Assembly: GCA_965223705.1 (NCBI GenBank) | Contig: OZ245015.1 | Span: 352,001 to 416,000 of the forward strand | Reading direction: 5' to 3' | DNA length: 64,000 bases | DNA from: Myxococcota bacterium | Lineage (GTDB): Bacteria; Myxococcota_A; UBA9160; UBA6930 | Part shown: positions 56,688 to 64,000 of the stretch, piece after piece | Position numbering within the stretch: the stretch's first letter is position 1 | Layout: each line of letters begins with the position of its first letter | Translations under genes and position numbers: made by a program | The notes under the pieces: model-generated | Seen by the model: only the letters and a program-made list of their open reading frames with translations | The model's database searches: none | Told to the model about the DNA's origin: nothing

Positions 56688-58334
56688 ATGCCTGTACACG
56701 GCGGAAAACTCGCGGCCCGCGCACTCAAGGAAGCGGGGGTCGAGGCCATCTTTACGCTGTCGGGCGGCCACATCATGCCGATCTACGACGGCTGCCTCGA
56801 TGAGGGCATCAAGATCATCGACGTGCGCCACGAGCAAGCGGCCGTGCACGCCGCCGACTCATGGGCGCGTTGCAACCCCGGAAAGATCGGCGTGGCGGCG
56901 ATTACCGCCGGCCCCGGCGTGACCGACGGCGTCACCGGCGTCGCGAACGCGTGGCGCGCGAACAGTCCCATCCTGGTCTTCGGCGGTCAGGGACCGTTCG
57001 AAAATCTGCGCCGCGGCTCCCTGCAAGAAATGGATCACGTCGGCGTGATGCGGCCCATCACCAAGTTCGCCGACGCCGTCTACCAGACCCATCGCATTCC
57101 CGAATACATCGAGCTGGCGATCCGGCACGCCGTCTCCGGGATCCCCGGCCCTGCGTACCTGGAAATCCCCATGGACGTCTTCATGGCCGAGGTCGAGTGG
57201 GAAGACGCGCCCGTTCCGCCCATCCGCACCGAGCCGCCGCGCTTGTCGCCCGACCGCGAAGAAGCGCGGCGCGCGATCGAGCTCCTGGCGGGCGCGGAAC
57301 GCCCGGTGCTGATGGCGGGAACGAGCGTCAAGTGGTCGCGCGCGTCGGGCGAGCTGCAGGAGTTTCTGCGCGAAACCCACGTTCCGACGTATACGAATGG
57401 GATGGGACGCGGCACGGTGCCGCCCGACATGCCGGAATGGCTCAATCGCTCGCGCCGCAAGGCGCTCGAGAAGGCCGACTGCGTGATCCTCGCCGGCACG
57501 CTCCTCGATTTCCGGATGCGTTTCGGGCAGACGATCCCCGCGGACGCGAAGATCATCCAGCTCGACATGGACGCGACGCTGATCGGCCAGAACCGGCCGT
57601 CGGACGTCGGCCTCGTCGGAAACCTCGCCTGCAGCTTCGATCTCCTCCTCGAAGAGATGAAGAACCAAGGCGCGCAGCTCGATTGGACGGCGTGGCGCGA
57701 CGAGTTGCGCGAGCTCGAGAACGCGGCCGAGCAGAAAATCGAAGCGAACCTGAACAGCGATGAGACGCCGATCGATCCCCAGCGTTTGTGCCGAGAAGTG
57801 CGCGACTGGCTCGACACGCTCGGCGATCCCATCGTCATCGGCGACGGCGGTGACATCGTGGCGACCGCGGCGAAGATCCTCCCGGTGAAGCGCGAGGGCG
57901 CCTGGATGGATCCCGGGCCGCTGGGAACCCTCGGCGTGGGGATGCCGTTCGGTCTGGCGGCGCAGCTCGCGAACCCCGACAAGCGTGTCGTCATCATGTA
58001 CGGCGACGGTTCGTTCGGCCTGAACGGCATGGAGTTCGATACGGCCGTCCGCTTCGGTTTGCCGGTGATCGGCGTTCTCGGGAACGACGGCGCGTGGGGA
58101 CAGATGATGCGCCCGCAAGGTGCCGTCTACGGCTGGGACCGACTCGCCGCGACGCTCCTCAACTACACGCGCTACGACAAAGTGGTCGAGGCTTTGGGTG
58201 GGCACGGAGAGCTCGTCGAGCGACCCGAAGATATCCGCCCGGCTCTCGAGCGCGCGGCCGCGTCCGGTAAGCCCGCGCTTGTGAATGTCGTCATCCGACA
58301 AGACCGCGAGTACAAGGGCGGCGTCTACGTCTAG
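56688..58334 (+). CDS. Thiamine-diphosphate enzyme (acetolactate synthase-like / 2-hydroxyacyl-CoA lyase family)
   Basis: FTLSGGHI, DVRHEQAA, TAGPG, DPGPLGTLGVG and GDGSFG..N. Confidence 0.88.
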   Translation: MPVHGGKLAARALKEAGVEAIFTLSGGHIMPIYDGCLDEGIKIIDVRHEQAAVHAADSWARCNPGKIGVAAITAGPGVTDGVTGVANAWRANSPILVFGGQGPFENLRRGSLQEMDHVGVMRPITKFADAVYQTHRIPEYIELAIRHAVSGIPGPAYLEIPMDVFMAEVEWEDAPVPPIRTEPPRLSPDREEARRAIELLAGAERPVLMAGTSVKWSRASGELQEFLRETHVPTYTNGMGRGTVPPDMPEWLNRSRRKALEKADCVILAGTLLDFRMRFGQTIPADAKIIQLDMDATLIGQNRPSDVGLVGNLACSFDLLLEEMKNQGAQLDWTAWRDELRELENAAEQKIEANLNSDETPIDPQRLCREVRDWLDTLGDPIVIGDGGDIVATAAKILPVKREGAWMDPGPLGTLGVGMPFGLAAQLANPDKRVVIMYGDGSFGLNGMEFDTAVRFGLPVIGVLGNDGAWGQMMRPQGAVYGWDRLAATLLNYTRYDKVVEALGGHGELVERPEDIRPALERAAASGKPALVNVVIRQDREYKGGVYV

Positions 58335-58419
58335 TCCGTCCACGAAAGAGACGGCATTCACGTCGAGTTCGGCCGAGGTTCGGGCCGAGCCGGCCGAAGC
58401 GCTGGGGCTCGACCCCGGC

Positions 58420-61176
58420 GTGTTGGCGGAGTTCTGCGCGACCCACGGCCCGGTGGCTTTCGTCGATCTCGAAACCACCGGGTTGTCCGACGACCCCGAC
58501 GCGGAAATCCTCGAGATCGGTGTGGTGGGCGTCGAACCCGGCGATGCCACGGTGCGCGTCGCGTCGAGTCTTGCGCGTCCACGCGGTCCGTTACCCCGGG
58601 CGGTGGCGCGTCTCACCGGCCTGTCGGATGCCGACGTCGCGTCCGCACCGCGGTTCAACGAAGTCGCACCGCTCTTTCGCGAGCTTCTCGAAGGTCGCAC
58701 GCTCATCGCGCACAACGCGGATTTCGAGCGCGCTTTTCTCACCCGCCAGCTGGGCGAGGCGTTCTCCGAGGCGACCTACCTCGACACACTGGATCTCCTG
58801 GCGGTAACCCACCCCGACGCACCGGATCTCCGTCTCGAATCCTTTACGCGCTTGCTCTTCGATACCGAGGAAGAGCACCGCGCGCTGGCCGACGCGCTCG
58901 ACACGGCGCGCGTGGTCAGCGCTGCGGGGACGGGTGCGCGGCGAGGCGATGCGCGCTTCGTCACGGCACGCAACGCGCTCGAGCGGTTCGACCCCGAATC
59001 GCCGTGGCTGGCACTGCTCGCGAAGGAGCCCGCCGCGGGCGGTACCGCGGCGCGCGCCCCCTACATCGAGGTCGGAGAAACCGACGAGGAGCCGGTTCCG
59101 TTCGACGTTGACGCCATCGCGGCGGTGCTGTCCGACGAGGCGCGTGGGCGACGCCATTTTCCCGGCTACCGCGTCCGGGAAACCCAGTTGGAGCTCGCCC
59201 GTCGGGTCGCGAACAACCTAGACGCGGAAGAAATCCTGCTTCTCCAGGGCGGTACCGGGGTCGGGAAATCGCTCGCTTACCTCGCCGCGGCGATTCCCTT
59301 CGCCGTCATGCGCGAACTGGGCGGCGAGCACCGGCCGGTCGTCATCTCGACGCGAACAAAGCTCTTGCAGGATCAGCTCCTCGACAAAGATATCGGGTCC
59401 GCCGCGCGGTTCTTGGGCTACCCCGAGTTGCGCGCCCTCTCGATCAAAGGACGCGCGAACTACGTGTGCGAGCGGCGCCTTTCTACGGTGCTCTCCGAGG
59501 GGTCTTCGGCTCGCATCTTTCCCGAGGACCGCCAGGCCCACGCGGTATTGCAAGCGGCCGCGCGAACGCGGCGCGACGGCGAGATCGGAAGCGTGCCCGC
59601 GGCGCTGCTGCGTCGGTTCCCGGCGCTGCGCGATCTCACGCGCCGATCGGTCGCGACTCGGTCCGAGCAATGCACGCGCGAGCAATGCGCGAGCGAACGC
59701 AACTGTCCCTTCGGCCGCAAACGCGCGGCCTTGGCGAAAGCGCACTTGCTCGTAGCGAACCACGATTTGCTGCTGCGCTGGCCCCCCGACTACCCGAGCT
59801 TCGAACACGTGATCGCCGACGAGGTGCACGAGATCGCAGACGTCGCGGATGAAGTCTACGCCCTGACCGTCAGCGCTGAAGTGGTGGACGAACGCTTCGA
59901 AGAACTGTTCGGACGCCCACCGGTACGCGGCGCGCGCAGAGGAACGTCCGGGGTGTTGCCGGCGCGGGTCGCGCGAATCTTCGAGGCGGACGCGAAAGCT
60001 TGGCGTCGCGAACTGCGCGCCGAGCTCCGCGCGTTGGGTCGCATCCTCGGCGAGCGCGCGAGCGAGTTCGGCGAGCTCGAGTGGGTGCCCGCGGTAGCCT
60101 ACGCGCTGCCCGAGGCCGCCCCAGCGGCCGTGCGTTGCGCCGAGCGACTCGAACACATTGCATCCGCGGTCGAAGGCGAGCTGCGCGTCGACGAAGAAGA
60201 GCCGCCTATCGAGCGGTTGCTCGCCGAAGTGCGCGAAGCGGGCGCGGCGCTGCGGATGGCCTTCGATCCGGAGCGGCAAGACGCGGTCGCACATTTTGAA
60301 CGTCTCGGTTCGCCGCACGACGGGTGGCGTCTGGTGTTGCGCCGTGTCTCCCCGGCGGATCCGTTTCACGAGGAGTTCCTCGGTCGGGTGCATTCTTTCG
60401 CAGGCGTCTCCGCCAGCCTGTTCGTCGGCGGCTCCGCGCTGGCGTCACTCGGAGACTTGGAAGTCGAGGAGCGTGCGGGTGAACGCTTGACGCGCGGATC
60501 ACTCGACAGCCCGTTCCCCTACGCCGAGCACATGCGGGCGCTGGCGCTCCGCGGCCCCGATTCTCTGGTGGAAGAGACGGCGGACGTTCTCGAGGAACTC
60601 GCACTCCTGCTCGGCGGACGCACGCTCGGGCTCTTCACGAGCCTGCGCCGAATGAATCAAGTGGCCGAAGAGTTGGCGCCGCGGCTCCGCGGTGAAGGCA
60701 TCGATGTGTTGCTGCCGCGCCGCGCGTCGGACGACCCCGCGGCGTTGTTGACGCGCTTCCAAAAAGGCGCGGCCGTTCTCCTCGGCGCGAGGAAGTTCTG
60801 GCAAGGACTCGACATCCCCGGCGAAGCGCTCCAGGCGGTGGTGATCGAGAAGCTTCCGTTCGACGTGCCGAGTGAGCTTCGCAAGCGCCGCGAGATGCAG
60901 CTCAAACGCCGGGGAGAAAACGCGTTTGAACGCATGACTCTCGGCCGAATGTTGCTCCACCTCAAACAAATGACGGGTCGTTTGATTCGCACCGAAGACG
61001 ATCGCGGTATCGCCGTCCTCGTCGAGGGTCGGACAGACAAACGCTACTTCGGGAAACTCGACGACGGACTACCGCCCGGCGTCTCGTGGCAAGTCGGCAC
61101 GCGGGCCGATCTGCCGGAGCTGCTCCGTCAGGTCGGTATCGCGACCGCCCCGGCGCGACGAAGCGAATCGACGTGA
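58420..61176 (+). CDS. DnaQ-like 3'-5' exonuclease fused to a DinG-family Fe-S helicase
   Basis: DLETTG, AHNADFE and HRALADA (DEDDh); GTGVGKS, KGRANYVC, four-Cys cluster, DEVH, LFTS, FWQGLD and QMTGRLIR; start uncertain. Confidence 0.9.
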   Translation: MLAEFCATHGPVAFVDLETTGLSDDPDAEILEIGVVGVEPGDATVRVASSLARPRGPLPRAVARLTGLSDADVASAPRFNEVAPLFRELLEGRTLIAHNADFERAFLTRQLGEAFSEATYLDTLDLLAVTHPDAPDLRLESFTRLLFDTEEEHRALADALDTARVVSAAGTGARRGDARFVTARNALERFDPESPWLALLAKEPAAGGTAARAPYIEVGETDEEPVPFDVDAIAAVLSDEARGRRHFPGYRVRETQLELARRVANNLDAEEILLLQGGTGVGKSLAYLAAAIPFAVMRELGGEHRPVVISTRTKLLQDQLLDKDIGSAARFLGYPELRALSIKGRANYVCERRLSTVLSEGSSARIFPEDRQAHAVLQAAARTRRDGEIGSVPAALLRRFPALRDLTRRSVATRSEQCTREQCASERNCPFGRKRAALAKAHLLVANHDLLLRWPPDYPSFEHVIADEVHEIADVADEVYALTVSAEVVDERFEELFGRPPVRGARRGTSGVLPARVARIFEADAKAWRRELRAELRALGRILGERASEFGELEWVPAVAYALPEAAPAAVRCAERLEHIASAVEGELRVDEEEPPIERLLAEVREAGAALRMAFDPERQDAVAHFERLGSPHDGWRLVLRRVSPADPFHEEFLGRVHSFAGVSASLFVGGSALASLGDLEVEERAGERLTRGSLDSPFPYAEHMRALALRGPDSLVEETADVLEELALLLGGRTLGLFTSLRRMNQVAEELAPRLRGEGIDVLLPRRASDDPAALLTRFQKGAAVLLGARKFWQGLDIPGEALQAVVIEKLPFDVPSELRKRREMQLKRRGENAFERMTLGRMLLHLKQMTGRLIRTEDDRGIAVLVEGRTDKRYFGKLDDGLPPGVSWQVGTRADLPELLRQVGIATAPARRSEST

Positions 61177-61952
61177 CGCGCGTCGCCGACGACTTTCGGG
61201 GCCGGGTGGCTGTCGTGACCGGCGGAGGGACCGGGATCGGTCGCGCGGCGGCGCACGCGCTTTCCGCCCGCGGAGCGCGCTTGGTGCTCCTCGGCCGGCG
61301 TACCGCGCCGCTCGAAGAGACCGCTCGCGAAGTCGACACGGAAACCCTCTGTCTCTCGGTCGACGTGCGCGACCGCACCGCGCAAGAAGAAGCGTTTGCG
61401 CACGCAGCGGAGACCCTCGGTCCTCTCCACATCTTGGTGGCGAATGCGGGGATCGGCGGCCCGGACGTCTGGCGGGGTGAAGACCGGTTCGAGGACATCG
61501 TCCGCACGAACTTGGACGGCGCGTATTACTCGATCCGCGCGTTCCTCGCCCATGCGGCGCCGCCCTCCGAGCCGCGCCATATCGTCGTCATGTCCTCGTG
61601 TGTGGCCCGCTTCGGAGTGGCAGGCATCGCGGCCTACAGCGCGGCAAAAGCGGGTCAGCTCGGTCTCGTGCGTTCGTTCGCCATGGAACTCGCCCCCGAG
61701 AACATCCGCGTCAATGCGATCTGCCCCGGATGGGTCGAGACGCAGATGGCCGAAGACCGCATGACGGAACTCGGGGAACTCGAGGGTCGGGGGTACGCCG
61801 AGCAGCGGAACGCCCTGCTCGAGCAGGTCCCTCTCGCGCGCATTACGGAAGCCTCGGAAATCGGGGAGCTCTCGGCCTTCCTCTGCTCCGAGGCGGCCGC
61901 GGCTTTCACGGGCCAAGCCTTCGACCCAAACGACGGGCAATGGATGGGATGA
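61173..61952 (+). CDS. SDR-family oxidoreductase
   Basis: TGGGTGIG, NAG, YSAAK and VNAICPG. Confidence 0.92.
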   Translation: MTRVADDFRGRVAVVTGGGTGIGRAAAHALSARGARLVLLGRRTAPLEETAREVDTETLCLSVDVRDRTAQEEAFAHAAETLGPLHILVANAGIGGPDVWRGEDRFEDIVRTNLDGAYYSIRAFLAHAAPPSEPRHIVVMSSCVARFGVAGIAAYSAAKAGQLGLVRSFAMELAPENIRVNAICPGWVETQMAEDRMTELGELEGRGYAEQRNALLEQVPLARITEASEIGELSAFLCSEAAAAFTGQAFDPNDGQWMG

Positions 61953-61981
61953 GCCTTCCTCCGCCCCCCTTGCGGAAAAAA

Positions 61982-62061
61982 TGACTAACAGTCACATTTT
62001 TAGGACGAGGACAGCCTAGGAATTTTGGGAGATATGGGTCTAAAAAGACCCATATAGGGTC
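61982..62061. promoter_or_regulatory. AT-rich upstream region with clustered inverted repeats
   Basis: TGACT-AAC-AGTCA (61982-61994); ATATGGGTCT-AAAA-AGACCCATAT (62032-62055); GACCC-ATATA-GGGTC (62047-62061). Confidence 0.5.
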
Positions 62062-62212
62062 ATGAACCCGCGCAAGGGTACGCCAGCATCCTCGATGGAT
62101 GGAGGCGACTGGGGCAATCTCTCGCACGGGGGTCTCAACCCATCGGGGAGAAAAGCTGCGGGTCGCGGAAAGGGCACCCGCTCGCTCCCGAGGGGCGCTA
62201 AGGGGAGGTCGG

Positions 62213-63187
62213 ATGGCGCAGGGCGAAAGCTCTGTCTTTGGCAAAGGCAGCTTTGACAAGGGCAGCTGGGCGGTCGTGCTCGGCGGCTCGAGCGGTTTCG
62301 GCCTGGCGACGGCGGAGAAGCTCGCGCGCCACGGCATGAACTTGTTTCTGGTGCACCGCGATCGGCGCGCACAGTTGCGGCGGGTCGAGCCCGCGTTCGA
62401 GGCGATCCGCGCGCTGGGTGTCGAGCTCGTCACCCGCAACGCCGATGCCCTCGCCGCAGAACGGCGCGCGGAACTCCTGGCGGAGCTCGCCGATGTGGCG
62501 GGCTCGGGCTCGGTCCGCGTCCTGCTCCATTCCATCGCGTTCGGCAATTTGAAACTCATCGCGCCCGAGAAGGCTCGCCCGGAAAGCTCGCCGGACGGTC
62601 GCGAAGCGCTGGCGAGTGAGCTGGGGATCTCGCCGGACAAGCTCGGCGAAATCGCGAACCGGCTCTTTGAATCGGGAGTGGACGAGCTCGAAGGGCTCGC
62701 GACGAAGCCCGCCTACGGCGGCATCCTCGCCGCGGACGATATGGCCCGTACGATCTACTGCATGGGGACGAGTCTCCTCGACTGGACGCAGGATCTCCTC
62801 GAGGCCGGTCTGTTCGCGAACGATGCGCGCGTCTTCGGGCTGACCAGCGAAGGCAACACCCTCGCGTGGAAGGGATACGCCGCGGTGGCGGCGGCGAAAG
62901 TCTCACTCGAATCCGTCGCCCGAGCGATTGCGATGGAATGCGCTCCCTACGGAATTCGGTGTAACGTGATCCAGGCCGGTGTGACGGAGACGCCAGCCCT
63001 CGCCGCGATACCCGGTAGCGCACAGATCAAAGCCGGCGCGCGGCGGCGGAATCCGTTCGGCCGCCTGACCACCCCCCAAGATGTGGCGAATGCGATTTTT
63101 CTTCTCTCGCTCGACGAAGCGGCGTGGATCAACGGAGAGGTGATCCGGGTCGACGGCGGCGAGCACATTTCGGGGTCCAACGCATGA
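62213..63187 (+). CDS. Enoyl-ACP reductase-like SDR (FabL/FabI type)
   Basis: GGSSGFG, HSIA, Y-x6-K (YAAVAAAK) and NPFGRLTTP; GGAGG RBS. Confidence 0.85.
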   Translation: MAQGESSVFGKGSFDKGSWAVVLGGSSGFGLATAEKLARHGMNLFLVHRDRRAQLRRVEPAFEAIRALGVELVTRNADALAAERRAELLAELADVAGSGSVRVLLHSIAFGNLKLIAPEKARPESSPDGREALASELGISPDKLGEIANRLFESGVDELEGLATKPAYGGILAADDMARTIYCMGTSLLDWTQDLLEAGLFANDARVFGLTSEGNTLAWKGYAAVAAAKVSLESVARAIAMECAPYGIRCNVIQAGVTETPALAAIPGSAQIKAGARRRNPFGRLTTPQDVANAIFLLSLDEAAWINGEVIRVDGGEHISGSNA

Positions 63188-64000
63188 CAGTCTACGTCCA
63201 CGCTCTCGGTCACTTTCACCCGGACAACGAAGTGACGAACGCGTTTCTCGAAGATCTCGACATCGGGACCACGGACCAGTGGATCCAAGAGCGCGTCGGT
63301 ATTCGTTGTCGCCGCACCGTACTTCCGCTCGACTACATCCGCACGACGAAGAACGCCGATGTACGCGCCGCGACGGAAGCGACCGAGTACACGACGTCGG
63401 ATCTCGGCGTGCGCGCCGCAGAGATGGCGATCGCGAGGGCCGGAATTTCCAAAGAAGATATCGGGCTCGTGATCGGCGGGGGGTCTGCTCCGAACAGCGT
63501 CACACCGGCGGACGGTTGCCTCGTCGCGAAAGGCCTCGGACTCGAGGTCCCCGTTTTTGACATCAATTCCGCGTGTACGACGTTCTTGGTCCACATGCAC
63601 ATGCTCAATTCGATGCGCCCCGAAACGCTTCCGCCGTACGTGTTGATCAGCGTTCAGGACGCGATTACCCAGTGCCTCGACTACACGGATCGCGCGAGCT
63701 GTGTGCTGTTCGGCGACGGCGCGACGGCGGCGGTGGTATCGACCCAGATTCCCGGCCCGGCAAAAGTGCTCGGCACGGATATGAACTCGAGCCCCGCCGG
63801 TTGCGAGAATGTCTGGGTCCCCCGGACGGGTCACTTCTTCCAAGAAGGTCGCACGGTGCAAATGTTCGCGATCAAGAAGAGCACCCGGGAGTTCCGCCGC
63901 GTAGCCGACGCCCACGGCGACCCCGACCGCAATCTGCATTTCGTGGGCCACCAGGTCAATCTGAACGCGCTCACGAAGATCGCCGAACGCTGCGGGGTCT
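63184..64000 (+). CDS. 3-oxoacyl-ACP synthase III (FabH-like), 3'-truncated by window edge
   Basis: Hand translation MTVYVHALGHFHP..WIQERVGI..DINSACT..LFGDGA..GHQVN; ATGA coupling; absent from the ORF track because no stop falls in the window. Confidence 0.9.
   Translation, partial: MTVYVHALGHFHPDNEVTNAFLEDLDIGTTDQWIQERVGIRCRRTVLPLDYIRTTKNADVRAATEATEYTTSDLGVRAAEMAIARAGISKEDIGLVIGGGSAPNSVTPADGCLVAKGLGLEVPVFDINSACTTFLVHMHMLNSMRPETLPPYVLISVQDAITQCLDYTDRASCVLFGDGATAAVVSTQIPGPAKVLGTDMNSSPAGCENVWVPRTGHFFQEGRTVQMFAIKKSTREFRRVADAHGDPDRNLHFVGHQVNLNALTKIAERCGV

Overview
GC-rich bacterial chromosomal window, densely coding, with about 63 CDS. I saw no rRNA, tRNA, CRISPR array, transposase or integrase. 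Lipoproteins, Pal and periplasmic enzymes indicate a diderm; the gene content would fit a Myxococcota/deltaproteobacterial-type organism (inference only). Contents in order: the tail of a molybdoenzyme operon (TorD/DmsD chaperone, SulP-STAS-rhodanese fusion); a GT4/FkbM/SAM-methyltransferase trio; a Kef-type antiporter; an arsenate-detox gapdh-arsJ pair behind a Pho-box-like direct repeat; and a PQQ neighbourhood. The PQQ region has a 40-aa PqqA-like precursor missed by the ORF track, a PQQ-system binding protein, a YVTN propeller and two divergent PQQ dehydrogenases, one paired with a Tat-exported Rieske protein. Inside it lies a secreted protein-DUF6502-DUF5666 module preceded by two 17-bp palindromes. 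Further on: pyk, lipid/acyl-CoA catabolic genes, a DUF455 di-iron protein plus ATP-grasp pair, glcDEF (glcD frameshifted), cimA, an RluA-family gene, sppA, an ECF sigma/anti-sigma/DUF3106 trio, thiI, pal, a DnaQ-DinG fusion and a FabL-like/FabH-like operon running off the right edge. Best candidates for undescribed biology are the palindrome-associated DUF6502/DUF5666 module, the PqqA and non-canonical quinoprotein cluster, Pho-type control of gapdh-arsJ, and the DUF455/ATP-grasp pair. All family assignments come from motif recognition by eye, not from database searches.
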